64,000 nucleotides of DNA, taken from Scyliorhinus canicula (Eukaryota). The position numbers and the translations under genes were made by a program. This document shows positions 1 to 11,055 of the stretch, piece by piece (within the stretch, counting starts at the first letter, position 1; each line of letters starts with the position of its first letter). The notes beneath the pieces were generated by a model, which saw only the letters and a program-made list of their open reading frames with translations, was not told the DNA's origin and did no database searches. The DNA lies in contig NC_052160.1 in the NCBI RefSeq assembly GCF_902713615.1, forward strand, positions 137,310,737 through 137,374,736. The letters run 5' to 3'.

Positions 1-177
1 TTCCTACATGATATCAGTAATACTTGAAAACTAACTCATTTTGGCTGCAAAACTCTTTGATTCATCCTGACAACATGAATGGATTAATGAAATTGCAAGT
101 TTCCCTTTACAATATCTGTGATCAATGTCATTTGAAAGAATTTCTGGAACGATTCAGATATTGTTCACAGTGGCTAC

Positions 178-268
178 CTTATACTTTCCCGTGCACCATA
201 TGACTGAAACAGTATAAATCACCATGAGAGCAAAGAGCACCCAGTGAATCACAACCCAGATAATGTAA
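178..268 (-). CDS. Transmembrane exon of receptor paralog A (YIIWVVIHWVLFALMVIYTVSVIWCTGKYK)
   Basis: 91-bp exon with ttttgctcag acceptor and gt donor. Same length and phase as the TM exon at 44268-44358, with about 15 differences in 91 nt by manual alignment. Downstream intron sequence is also homologous. Confidence 0.85.
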
Positions 269-289
269 CTGAGCAAAAATGTGATTGGG

Positions 290-1005
290 AAGGATGCTTG
301 TGATAGTCTTAACAATTTAAACAGTTGGTGGAATGGGCAGACAAGCGGCAGATGAAATAAAATGCAGGGAAGTGTGAAGTGATCATATTTTAATCAGAAG
401 AACGAGGGGAGGTGAACATAAGATAAATGGTACAATTCTGCAGGAAATGCCGGAGCAGAGAGACCTCGGTGTATAGGTGCGTACGAATCATTGATGGTAA
501 CAGGACAGGTTGAGAAATCGGTTAATGAATTAACTAGGTTTTAAAATGATGGACACCGAGAACAAAAGCAAGTACCTTAGCAAAAGACTGGTTCAGCATC
601 AATAGAAAAGATGCAAAGCTTTTAGAAAGGGTGAAGAAAAGATTTACAAGACAATTTCCGAGGATGAGCAACTTCAGCTTTGTGGATAGATTAGTGAATC
701 TGGGAGAAGAGAAAGTTGAAGGGAGATTTGTTAGACATGAGGGGTCTGTATAGGGTAAATGGGATAAATCGGTCCCATCAGCGGACGGTCGAGAACCTTA
801 AGGTGGTTAACAAAAGAACCAGAGGTTAAATGAGGAAAGTCTTCTTTATGCAACAAGTGGGTTGGATCTGGAATGCGCCGCTTGAGCATGTGGTGGACAC
901 AGATTCAAATGCAATTTTCAAATGGGAGCTGGGTAATTATCTGAAGAGAAAAGCTTTTACAGGGCTACGGGGCAAGGGTGGAGGAGTGGGACTAGCTGAG
1001 TTGCT
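290..1005 (+). mobile_element. CR1-type LINE 3' fragment (degenerate RT C-terminus and 3' UTR)
   Basis: Degenerate coding for the CR1 RT C-terminal motif (WADKWQMKFN.EKCEV type), followed by CR1-like 3' sequence (ttctttatgcaacaagtgggttggatctggaatgcg). Confidence 0.8.
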
Positions 1006-3178
1006 GAGTGGGACTAACTGAGTTGCTGAGTGGGACTAGCTGAGCTGCTGAGTTGGACTAGCTGAGTTGCTGAGTGGGACTCGCTGAGTTGCTGAGTGGG
1101 ACGAGCTGTGTTGCTGAGTGGGACTAGCTGAGTTGCTGAGTGGGGCTAGCTGAGTTGCTGAGTGGGACTAGCTGAGTTGCTGAGTGGGACTAGCTGAGTT
1201 GCTGTGTGGGACTAGCTGAGTTGCTGAGTGGGGCTAGCTGAGTTGCTGAGTGGGACTAGCTGAGTTGCTGAGTGGGACTAGCTGAGTTGCTGAGTGGGAC
1301 TAGCTGAGTTGCTGTGTGGGACTAGCTGAGTTGCTGAGTGGGACTAGCTGAGTTGCTGAGTGGGACTAGCTGAGTTGCTGAGTGGGACTAACTGAGTTGC
1401 TGAGTGGGACTAGCTGAGCTGCTGAGTTGGACTAGCTGAGTTGCTGAGTGGGACGAGCTGAGTTGCTGAGTGGGACTAGCTGAGCTGCTGAGTTGGACTA
1501 GCTGAGTTGCTGTGTGGGACTAGCTGAGTTGCTGTGTGGGACTAGCTGAGTTGCTGAGTGGGACTAACTGAGTTGCTGAGTGGGACTAGCTGAGCTGCTG
1601 ATTGGGGCTAGCTGAGTTGCTGAGTGGGACTAGCTGAGTTGCTGTGTGGGACTAGCTGAGTTGCTGAGTGGGACTAACTGAGTTGCTGAGTGGGACTAGC
1701 TGAGCTGCTGAGTTGGACTAGCTGAGTTGCTGTGTGGGACTAGCTGAGTTGCTGAGTGGGGCTAGCTGAGTTGCTGAGTGGGACTAGCTGAGTTGCTGAG
1801 TGGGACTCGCTGAGTTGCTGAGTGGGACTAGCTGAGTTGCTGAGTGGGCTAGCTGAGTTGCTGAGTGGGACTAGCTGAGTTGCTGAGTGGGACTCGCTGA
1901 GTTGCTGAGTGGGACTAGCTGAGTTGCTGAGTGGGACTAGCTGAGTTGCTGAGTGGGACTAGCTGAGCTGCTGAGTTGGACTAGCTGAGTTGCTGAGTGG
2001 GGCTAGCTGAGTTGCTGAGTGGGACTAGCTGAGTTGCTGAGTGGGACTAGCTGAGTTGCTGAGTGGGACTAGCTGAGTTGCTGAGTGGGGCTAGCTGAGT
2101 TGCTGAGTGGGACTAGCTGAGTTGCTGAGTGGGACTCGCTGAGTTGCTGAGTGGGACTAGCTGAGTTGCTGAGTGGGACTAGCTGAGTTGCTGAGTTGGA
2201 CTCGCTGAGTTGCTGAGTGGGACTCGCTGAGTTGCTGAGTGGGACTAGCTGAGCTGCTGAGTGGGACTAGCTGAGCTGCTGAGTGGGACTAGCTGAGTTG
2301 CTGAGTGGGACTAGCTGAGTTGCTGAGTGGGCTAGCTGAGTTGCTGAGTGGGACTAGCTGAGCTGCTGAGTTGGACTAGCTGAGTTGCTGAGTGGGACTA
2401 GCTGAGTTGCTGATTGGGACTAGCTGAGTTGCTGTGTGGGACTAGCTGAGTTGCTGTGTGGGACTAGCTGAGTTGCTGAGTGGGACTAGCTGAGTTGCTG
2501 ATTGGGACTAGCTGAGTTGCTGTGTGGGACTAGCTGAGTTGCTGAGTGGGACTAGCTGAGTTGCTGATTGGGACTAGCTGAGTTGCTGTGTGGGACTAGC
2601 TGAGTTGCTGAGTGGGACTAGCTGAGTTGCTGAGTGGGACTAGCTGAGTTGCTGAGTGGGACTAGCTGAGTTGCTGAGTGGGACTAGCTGAGTTGCTGAG
2701 TGGGACTAGCTGAGTTGCTGAGTGGGACTAGCTGAGTTGCTGAGTGGGACTAGCTGAGTTGCTGAGTGGGACTCGCTGAGTTGCTGAGTGGCACTAGCTG
2801 AGTTGCTGAGTGGGACTAACTGAGTTGCTGAGTGGGACTCGCTGAGTTGCTGAGTGGGACTAACTGAGTTGCTGAGTGGGACTAGCTGAGTTGCTGAGTG
2901 GGACTAGCTGAGTTGCTGAGTGGGACTAGCTGAGTTGCTGAGTGGGACTAGCTGAGTTGCTGAGTGGGACTAGCTGAGTTGCTGAGTGGGACTAACTGAG
3001 TTGCTGAGTGGGACTAGCTGAGTTGCTGAGTGGGACTAGCTGAGCTGCTGAGTGGGACTAGCTGAGTTGCTGAGTGGGACTAGCTGAGTTGCTGAGTGGG
3101 ACTAGCTGAGTTGCTGAGTGGGACTAGCTGAGTTGCTGAGTGGGACTAGCTGAGTTGCTGAGTGGGACTAGCTGAGTT
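984..3178. repeat. 22-bp minisatellite (GAGTGGGACTAGCTGAGTTGCT)n, about 100 copies
   Basis: Head-to-tail repeats directly visible; 2195 bp / 22 is about 100 units, with recurring single-base variants. Confidence 0.98.
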
Positions 3179-4020
3179 ACAGTCGTAAGGATACCAGGTG
3201 TTGTCTTAGTTTTGGGAAAATTCATGCCAAACTTGGTATCACGCAACACGGCACTAAGACAGCTTATCCAAAAGACATTCAACTAGTCTGATGAACGCAA
3301 CAGAGAGTGGTCTGATCTAAAACGAGCACTCACCAAAACACCTGTTCTGTCCTTCTTCGATCCCCAACGCAGTACGATGATCTCGAAAGATGCCAGCAAA
3401 GGCAGCATAGGCACAGTGCTGTTACAGCAGAGCAGTGAAGGGCTACGGCAACCATTGCATCTGCCTCGAGAGCGATGACACCTACCAAGCAGCGCTATGC
3501 GCAGATCGAAAAGGGGTGTTTGGGTCTACTCATGGGTATGGACAAATTCCATTTCTATGTGTATGGGTTACCCCCATTCACAGTTGAAACCGATCATCGT
3601 CCTCTTGTCGCAATTACAAAAAAGAATTTAAACGGCATGTCTCCACGACTACAGAGAATGGTCATGAAACTTCAAAGGTAAGATCTTGAGTTAGTCTACA
3701 CGCCAGGGAAGGAGATAATTGTGGCTCATGAAGTATCACATGCAACCGATGATCCAGGTACGACAGACATCGTACAGATCATTGAAACTCAAGCAACCCT
3801 CATTGAAGAGAACCTGCCTGTGTGTAGTGACAAGTTGAAATTAATCAAAAAGGAAACAAGTAAGGACAAAACTATCCAACGAGTGTTAAAATACATGCGG
3901 GATGGTTGGCCCAAAGGAACTTGTTACAACTACCGAAACATACAAACAGAACTAAGCAGTGTCAATGGGTTTCTGCTCAGACAAAATTGGATTGCATTAC
4001 CGACTTCTTTACAACAAATC

Positions 4021-4373
4021 ATAGAATCATAGAATTTACAGTACAGAAGGAGGCCATTCGGCCCACCAAGTCTGCACTGGCTCTTTGAAAGAGCACCCTA
4101 CCCAAGCCCACACCTTCACCCTATCCCCATAACCCAGTAACCCGACCCAAAACTAAGGGAAATTTTGGACACTCAGGGCAATTTACCATGACCAATCCAC
4201 CTAACCTGCACATCTTTGGACTGTGGGAGGAAACCGGAGCACCCGGAGGAAACCCACGCAGACATGGGGAGAATGTGCAAACTCCGCACAGACAGTGACC
4301 CAAGCTGGGAATCAAACCTGGGACCCTGAAGCTGTGAAGCAATTGTGCTAGCCACTATGCTACCGTGCTGCCC
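4021..4373 (-). mobile_element. HE1-type tRNA-derived SINE (CR1-like tail)
   Basis: Reverse complement begins gggcagcacggtagcatagtgg (A box) with a ggttcgattccc-like B box and ends in a (ttctatga)n tail. Many copies in the window. Confidence 0.9.
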
Positions 4374-4601
4374 TGATACTCAGCAAGGAGCATGAAGGCC
4401 ATCTGGGGATGAAAAAATGTAAAAAAAAGAGCTTGTGAGTCCGTGTACTGGCCAGGAATCAACAATGATATTAGCAACCTAGTTGCACAATGTGAAACGT
4501 GTCAGAAGAATCAGTCTCATCAACAGAAGGAAGCAATGACTATGCACGAAAGTAGGAATTGCTCTGTTTTTCTTTCAAGGCAGTGAAAATCTGTTAGTCA
4601 C

Positions 4602-4929
4602 AGAACATAGAACATACAACGCAGAAGGAGGCCATTCAACCCATCGAGTCTGCACCGACCCACATTAAGCCCTCACTTCCACCCTATCCCCGTAACCCAA
4701 TAACCCCTCCTAACCTTTTTTTGGACACTGCAGGCAATTTATCATGGCCAATCCACCTAACCTGCACGTCTTTGGACTGAGGGAGGAAACCGGAGCACCC
4801 GGAGGAAACCCACGCAGACACGGGGAGGACGTGCAAACTCCGCACAGACAGTGACCCAGCAGGGAATCGAACCTGGGACCCTGGCGCTGTGAAGCTACAA
4901 TGCTATCCACTTCTGCTACCGGGCTGCCC
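4602..4929 (-). mobile_element. HE1-type SINE
   Basis: Same head, body and (ttctatg)n tail as 4021-4373. Confidence 0.9.
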
Positions 4930-5941
4930 TCATTGACTAAAAATAGTCATTGACTATTTTTTGAATTACCTGAGGTAATCAAGCTACCCAACTCAAGTTC
5001 AAAGGCTGTCATCAAGGCTACAAAATAAATATTTGCGAGGTATGGCATCCCATTCACTGTCATGAGAGACAATGGATCGTGTTTTGATAGCATCGAATGG
5101 ACTGAGTTTTCCAGACAGCATGACGTCCATCATGTAACCTCTAGCCCGTATCATCCACAGTCCAATGGCAAGGCTGAGAAGGGAGCGCATATTGATAAAA
5201 GTTACTGAAGAAAGCTTGGGATTCAAACAGCGACCCAAACCTTGCTTTGTTCAGCTCCAGAGCAACACCACTTGCCACAGGATACTCACCAGCTCAGTTG
5301 CTGATGACCCAAATCAAATGTACCACATTACCGAGTCTTACTACAACAAATCCTGAAAACGAAGACGCACTCAAAAAAATCAAACAGAACAAAAGGAAAC
5401 AACAGAAGTATTGTGATAGAACAGCAAAAAAATCTATCACCGCTAGACGAAGGTGATACTGTCCGAGTACAACGTCCGAATGGATGGTCGAGCATAGCAC
5501 ATGTCATACACCAGGCAGCTCCACATTCCGATGTAGTAGTAACGGAAGAGGGTTCTATCTTGAGGAGAAACGAGGGAGCACTTCTTCAGGTAAAGCCAAC
5601 TCAACCCGCAATTCCAAACATCACGATAGATACGGAGCTACTCAAAGCAACTGCAACAGTACATCAGGAAGACATCATTCCAGCAGCGAACAAACAACAG
5701 CAGGCTTGGAACTACACCATGCAGAAGCATTGGAGAGTAACCAAACACAACTGTAAGACAAGATTGAACTCAGAAGATCTACACGTCTCAGGATAAAAAA
5801 CCAGACAGACTGAATTTGTAAAAAAGAAAAAATTGTTAACCAGATGGACAATAATATTGTTAAACCATGCATAAGCTCACCAAGCATCATGTATTGTAAA
5901 TATGTTTGAATACATATCCAAACAACTTCAAGGAAAGGGGG

Positions 5942-6080
5942 ATGTGACAATATGCGTTTGGAAGAATAATGAAAGGTTAACAATTTACTATAACTACATA
6001 CAACCACTAGATAGCGATCAAACACATACACGTAGATCACGTGATGTTCTTGATTCGGCGAGTAGGTTGTTAGGTGAAAT
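5942..6080 (+). mobile_element. Truncated 3' LTR of the Gypsy relic
   Basis: Begins TGTGAC immediately after the polypurine tract; resembles the LTR-like sequence starting at 47894. Confidence 0.5.
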
Positions 6081-6269
6081 ATGAAATGAATTGAAATGAA
6101 AATTGCTTATTGTCACAAGTAGGCTTCAAATGAAGTTACTGTGAAAAGCTCCTAGTCGCCACATTCCGGCGCCTGTTCGGGGAGGCTGATAAGGGAATTG
6201 AACCGTGCTGCTGGCCTGCCTTGGTCTGCTTTAAAAGCCAGCTCTTTAGCCCTGTGCTAAACCAGTCCC
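6080..6269 (-). mobile_element. Short tRNA-derived SINE (gggctggtttagcacag head; cctacttgtgacaataa tail)
   Basis: Reverse complement matches the copies at 52493-52663 and 59978-60150. Confidence 0.8.
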
Positions 6270-6299
6270 GTTAATAGCAAATGGTTGTGTTATCGAAAG

Positions 6300-6830
6300 A
6301 TTATGCCAGTGCTTTTCAATTCACGGATTACCTGAAGTAATGTTATCAGATAAGGGAACCATATTCATAAGTGCTGAGTTTCACATTGTCACCACTCTCA
6401 ACGGTATTAAACACATCAGAACTGCTCCCTACCACCCAGCATCAAACGGACTAGTCGAGAGAGACGTCCAAACTGTCAAGTCTGTTCCGAAGAAACTGTC
6501 AGGAGTAACCTAGGCGACCAAAATCTCAAGATTCCTCCTTAGCTATCGTACCACACAACATGCAACAACAGGACGTCCACCAGCAGAATTGTGAATGAAA
6601 CGTCATCTCAGAACGAGACCGAGCCTCGTGTTTACCAATGAGGGTAGAACCCGGTCAAAGTAACCAGGAAACAAACCATAATTCACATCGAAAAGCACCA
6701 TCATTTATATTAAATGAAGCCGTATATGTGAGAAACTTCAATAGTGGAGCACGTTGAATTCCCGGAATTATTGTCTCTAAGAACAGACTTCTTTCATACC
6801 TAGTAGATGTTTACTTGGAAGTAAAGGAAG
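6300..6830 (+). mobile_element. Second Gypsy integrase fragment
   Basis: FSIHGLPEVMLSDKG...NGIKHIRTAPYHPASNGLVER.VQTVK...RFLLSYRTTQHATTGRPPAEL, degenerate. Confidence 0.85.
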
Positions 6831-6984
6831 GACACTAGTGATTTGACCCACAGGGAACCGATCAATCAGTACATTGGGGGACATTTCTCGACACACTGTG
6901 GTGTTTGAGCTGCCTGTGTGTACGATTTCCCTTTTTCATTTGCACCCCATTTTAAGCTTAACCATATCATGCGGGAGGGGGGGG

Positions 6985-7290
6985 GGTGGCCTTGAGGTGC
7001 AGTAGGCATTGTTTGTACCTCTGAGCTCGAAAACTTCCAGGTTCAGGTCCCACCCTAAGACTTGATGCCCACAGAAAATGAGTTAATAACGTCGCCAAAT
7101 AGTTCGATCGTCAACCTCCCAATTGTTCCAACATGCCTGTGCCAGGCAATAAAGAGGGGGGAGAGACTTCTGGTCAACCATGCTTGACGTGAAGGGGTGT
7201 CCCTGAAGCTACTGTCTTTGGCTTCAGGCTAGTGACTTGTTCCAATACCAAAAACAAGCCTTTGCCTTGTCTGCCTCATGGATCTCCAGA
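6985..7290 (+). mobile_element. Old tRNA-derived SINE (family shared with 59395-59715)
   Basis: tRNA-like head and blocks shared with 59395-59715 (catgct.ga.gtg, ttcagg..agtgac, ttgtctgcctcatg). Confidence 0.55.
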
Positions 7291-7431
7291 AGTGTGAAAT
7301 CGCCAGAATTTTATTCTGTTGTCATGGACTATTAACCAATACCGCCACTTCTCCATTTCTGACAATTCACAATATTAAACTGTCAGCCCTACCCTCCTGT
7401 GAGCCGCAACTCACTTAATCTATCAAACCTC

Positions 7432-7842
7432 TGTTGTGTTATGTACTCTGGGATAACACAGGCTGCAACTGGATGCAGCTTAAACCAAAAGATACTCCAG
7501 ACCGTGAAGTTAATTCAATCTGATTTATTGAACCAGTAGCACAGTTAGCACAGTTCACTATCAGTTCGACTCTCTGCTCTAAGTGTGGTTACTCTGTCTG
7601 ACTGAACCAGACTAGCTCTTAGACACGTGCTGGAGGTGTGATACTGTACATACACCCTGACTCACTCTGTAGATGTTCATCAGTGGAAAGAGGCGGAGTG
7701 TGAGTGCCTCATGCCTTTTATAGTGAGATACCACCCCTGAGTGTCCTGCCTGCTCATTGGTCATGTCCTGTTCTCTGTGTTCATTAGCTGCCTGTCTGTG
7801 CCTGTCTGTATATCATTATCGGCATGTCTGCACGTCATGACA
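7432..7842 (-). mobile_element. Solo LTR with perfect 5-bp target-site duplication ACCTC
   Basis: TGT...ACA termini; ACCTC at 7427-7431 and 7843-7847; AATAAA on the minus strand; a second copy lies at 56354-56745. Confidence 0.85.
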
Positions 7843-7979
7843 ACCTCCTCATAAAGAAATTGTTCCCCCAGTTTGACGATTTTGCACAAGCGTATTTTGT
7901 GCATTTCTGTGTATTTGATTGCTGCATGCTTCTCTCGGTTTGGCAATCGTGTTCTTTTCAATCCTTCCTCTTTCTCTTA

Positions 7980-8178
7980 TGAGCTAGGCAGCTGGCTTTT
8001 CATGCAGAACAAAGCCAGCAGCGCGGGTTCAATTCCCGTACCGGCTGAGAGAATTCTCAATTCTCTCTCTGTGTACCCAAACAGGTGCCGGAATGTGGCG
8101 ACTAGGGGATTTTCACAGTAACTTCATTGCGGTGTTAATGTGAGCCTACTTGTGACAATAACGATTATTATTATTATC
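7980..8178 (+). mobile_element. tRNA-derived SINE, 5' degenerate, with gcctacttgtgacaataa-(att)n tail
   Basis: B box gggttcaattccc and a tail shared with several copies. Confidence 0.8.
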
Positions 8179-9448
8179 AATGTGTCTCTTTCCCTTTCTC
8201 TTCTTCCTGCCTCTTCACCTCATTTTTTTAACATATATTTTTACTAGAATTTTATCGTTTTTACAGATAATGCCAGAAAATTTCAAAACACAAACTGGTA
8301 GGGTAAATATAAGCGAGGCCGCAGACCCAGGGGAACATAGGCTGCTCTTACCTTTGAGAGCTGACTGATGGTGGTTTAACCTGAGGGTCACTGCACCTCA
8401 GGCGAGGGGCACGGTTGAGATGGCAAAGTGGCAAGGTTCAATGGTTCTGCAAGGTTTTCAGGGGGTTTCAAGGGATTTCAAATGTTTTCAGCTTTCTAGG
8501 AAGGCTCAGAGGCGTGAAAAAACAATGTAGTGTTAAAAGCATGGGGCTGAATGAGCAGCTGTGGAGAAAGGGAAAGTATCTGAGGTGCCCTGGCTGCTAG
8601 CAGCAAGAGCTGTTTGAACAGCTGTGCAGCCCTCAAGCAGGGCAGGCCAAAGCGGTCTGGCTGCATAGGCTCCTGGAGGGAATTACCCCCCCCCCCCCCC
8701 CCCCCCCCCCCGCCACCCCGTGAAACTGACTTTGCCTGTGAGTTCAAGGGGGTCTTCAGCAGCTTCTGAGAGGGAAAAAGGAGAATCCCTTCTGCAGAAT
8801 GGAGTGCCACTGCGATTGGGAAGCCTTCCCGGGATCTGGGGCTCATGGGAATTAAAGTGACCTGGTCACGTCAACGTTTTCACAGTGCACAGGCAGGAAT
8901 GGAGGTTTTGATCAGAGAGCTGTCTGAAATCACCATGCCAAGACTGATCTTCATGTTCCCCAGAGCCGGAAGGGGCAGTTCAACCACAGGACTAGCAACC
9001 CAGGGAGAGCACCCCCTTACACCCAGTCTGAGCCCACCCAACTCCCAGGACCCTTGAGGAACCCTGCCTCTGCAGCCTGGCATTGGACCAACCTCCTTGA
9101 CCCCCCCCCCCCCCCCCACCCACACCCAGCCTTGGGGTCCAACATGCCAGGCATGTCAGGGTACCAAAGGGATGTCCATCATCGGAACTACAAAGGGATG
9201 AGGCCTGCAGAAAATGCGGAGGGGTTGGATCACTCTTATGCCTGTAGCGTGGGGGAGGGGTTGACCTGTTATTTTAGTGATGGGGGGAGGATGCCCCTCT
9301 TTGCTGAGGGGTTGTGGGTGCTTCCCTAGGCAGTTGGGGGGGGGGGGGTCCCCATTTCCATTGTGGCAGGGCCTATCTGTCAACGCTGGTTTTCAGACGC
9401 CCCAAAATCGGTTGGCCAGCATACTACCCGATATGCTCACTTTGAATA

Positions 9449-9747
9449 TTAATATAATCGTTATTGTCACAAGTAGGCTTACATTAACACTGTAATGAAG
9501 ATGCTGTGAAATGCCCCTAGTTGCCACATACCGGCGTCTGTACGGGTACACAGAGGGAGAATTCAGAATGTCCAAATTACCTAATAGCACGTCTTTCGGG
9601 ACTTGTGGGAGGAAACCGGAGCACCCGGAGGAAACCCACGCAGACACGGGGAGAACGTGCAGACTCCGCACAGACAGTGATCCAAGCCAGGAATCGAACC
9701 TGGGACCCTGGAGCTGTGACACCATAGTGCTAACCACTATGCTGCTC
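9449..9747 (-). mobile_element. SINE with HE1-type head and gcctacttgtgacaataa tail
   Basis: Head as in HE1-type copies; tail as at 28735-28990, 31043-31346, 35747-36036 and 48085-48390. Confidence 0.85.
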
Positions 9748-10263
9748 ACATACTAAAGGTGAGTGCATTGCAATCTGGGTCGCGCCCACCACCCAATAGG
9801 AATCACTTTGAGGTTCCTGCCCGAAATGACAGGTATTTCAGGAGAATCGTGCCCAATATCTCATACAACAGCTGTACCCTCTCCTTCTGCACTGAACTGT
9901 CAGCCCAGATTTGTTCCCAAGTCTCTGGATGAGGTGATGCCACAATTTATTTGATCAAATGTCCAAACACAATAGCAAACTTCAGACTTTTATATTTGAA
10001 AGATTATTACCATTGTCAACTTTGGTGTAATATTGGGCATCAGACCACTTAAAAAATGTTTTTTTTAAGTATTAAAACAGGTTTGTATTTTTATTATACT
10101 AAGCACGCAGCTTGAAAAATAAATAAATGGATTCCCTTATTAAAAATACGGCTTATCACTTATTGGTAGATACATCTATTGCACAATACCTCACAAAATA
10201 TTTTTCACTTTTTTGTGCCAAGTATTTAAACATCACCACCGTATAAATTGTACACCACACTTA

Positions 10264-10287
10264 AACTAACGCTGATTATCTGAATAT
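10264..10287 (-). promoter_or_regulatory. Conserved intron-1 element ATATTCAGATAATCAGCGTTAGTT (contains AGATAA), paralog A
   Basis: Identical 24-mer about 20 nt after the leader donor in all three leader exons (also 29345-29368 and 59306-59329). Function is inferred. Confidence 0.6.
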
Positions 10288-10308
10288 CCAACTCTGGTGG
10301 TTACTCAC

Positions 10309-10345
10309 CAGGTAAGGGACAACAAAAAAGTGTCATAATCCACAT
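10309..10345 (-). CDS. Leader (signal peptide) exon of paralog A, MWIMTLFCCPLP, phase-1 donor
   Basis: ATG...CCTG followed by gtgagt. Homologous to leaders at 29288-29324 and 59248-59284, including the following ~100 bp of intron. Confidence 0.85.
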
Positions 10346-10355
10346 TGTTTTTCCT

Positions 10356-10957
10356 TATCATGTGAGAGTACCTTTAAGAAATGGGTGTTTAAGAAATGTA
10401 CCTTCAAGAAATAGGTGTTTATCAGTGATGTCAGAGTATGGGTGGAGCTGGGCTGTCTGTCAGCTTTTTACTTTTGTTTTAGGCTGTTTGCTGCAGGGTG
10501 TGTTTTTTGTTTCGTTTTCAGTGTTGGAGCTGAAGCCAGACCAAGCAGGTGTACTGCTGTTCTCTCTGCCATCAAAAGACTATCTCTTGATCATTTGGTG
10601 AATTCAGAATTATAAATGTTCTCAGTAGTGAATGTAAACCTAATGTGCTTCTATTAAAACATGTTTCTTTTGCCTTCTGGATGTTGTTTGGGAAGTTATT
10701 AAGGATTACTTAGTGTTGTATTCTTTGTGGGTTGTATTTGAATTGATGGTTCCTAAGATTTTCACTGTATGTTTTAAAAAGGTTAACTTGAGTTCATAGA
10801 ATAAACGATGTTTTGCTTTAAATACTACTTTTCCATTTCTGCTGTACCACACCTGTAGAGTGGGCCGTGTGCTCCCCATACCACAATCTAGCAAAAGTTG
10901 TGGGTCAGGTGAACTCCATGATACACTTTGGGGTTCTCTAAACCCTGGCCCATATCA
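10356..10957 (+). mobile_element. Solo LTR inserted in the 5' UTR of paralog A
   Basis: About 600-bp LTR-like block with AATAAA near 10800, ending ccctggcccatatca, and an imperfect flanking duplication (tcct/ccct). Removing it rejoins sequence homologous to the 5' UTR of gene B. Confidence 0.7.
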
Positions 10958-11020
10958 CCCTTCAGAGTTCAGATCAACATTGACTTCAGTGTCTAATGTG
11001 GTAAATGATGCAAAGAATTT

Positions 11021-11055
11021 AAATGAGGAAGCAGAAGCCAGAGCGTAAAACCGCA
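11021..11055 (-). promoter_or_regulatory. Putative PU.1/ETS (AAATGAGGAAG) and RUNX (TGCGGTTT) module upstream of paralog A
   Basis: Motifs occur in the same order and orientation as at 59108-59150 upstream of paralog C. Confidence 0.5.

Larger units (their letters stand above)
3180..5941 (+). mobile_element. Ty3/Gypsy LTR retrotransposon pol relic (RNase H, integrase, PPT), interrupted by two SINEs
   Basis: YAQIEKGCLGLL...TVETDHRPLV (RNase H); HEGHLG...VYWPGINNDI..CETCQ (integrase zinc-binding region); FARYGIP..V.RDNG...SSPYHPQSNGKAE (integrase core); purine tract aggaaaggggga followed by tgtgac. Multiple stops and frameshifts. Confidence 0.9.

Noticed and set aside
984-3178. CRISPR-like array
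   Set aside because: Units are contiguous with no unique spacers, there are no cas genes, and the context is a vertebrate genome.
8267-8297. Small ag/gt-bounded + strand exon candidate
   Set aside because: 31 nt, no homology to other exons, and opposite to the strand of paralog A.
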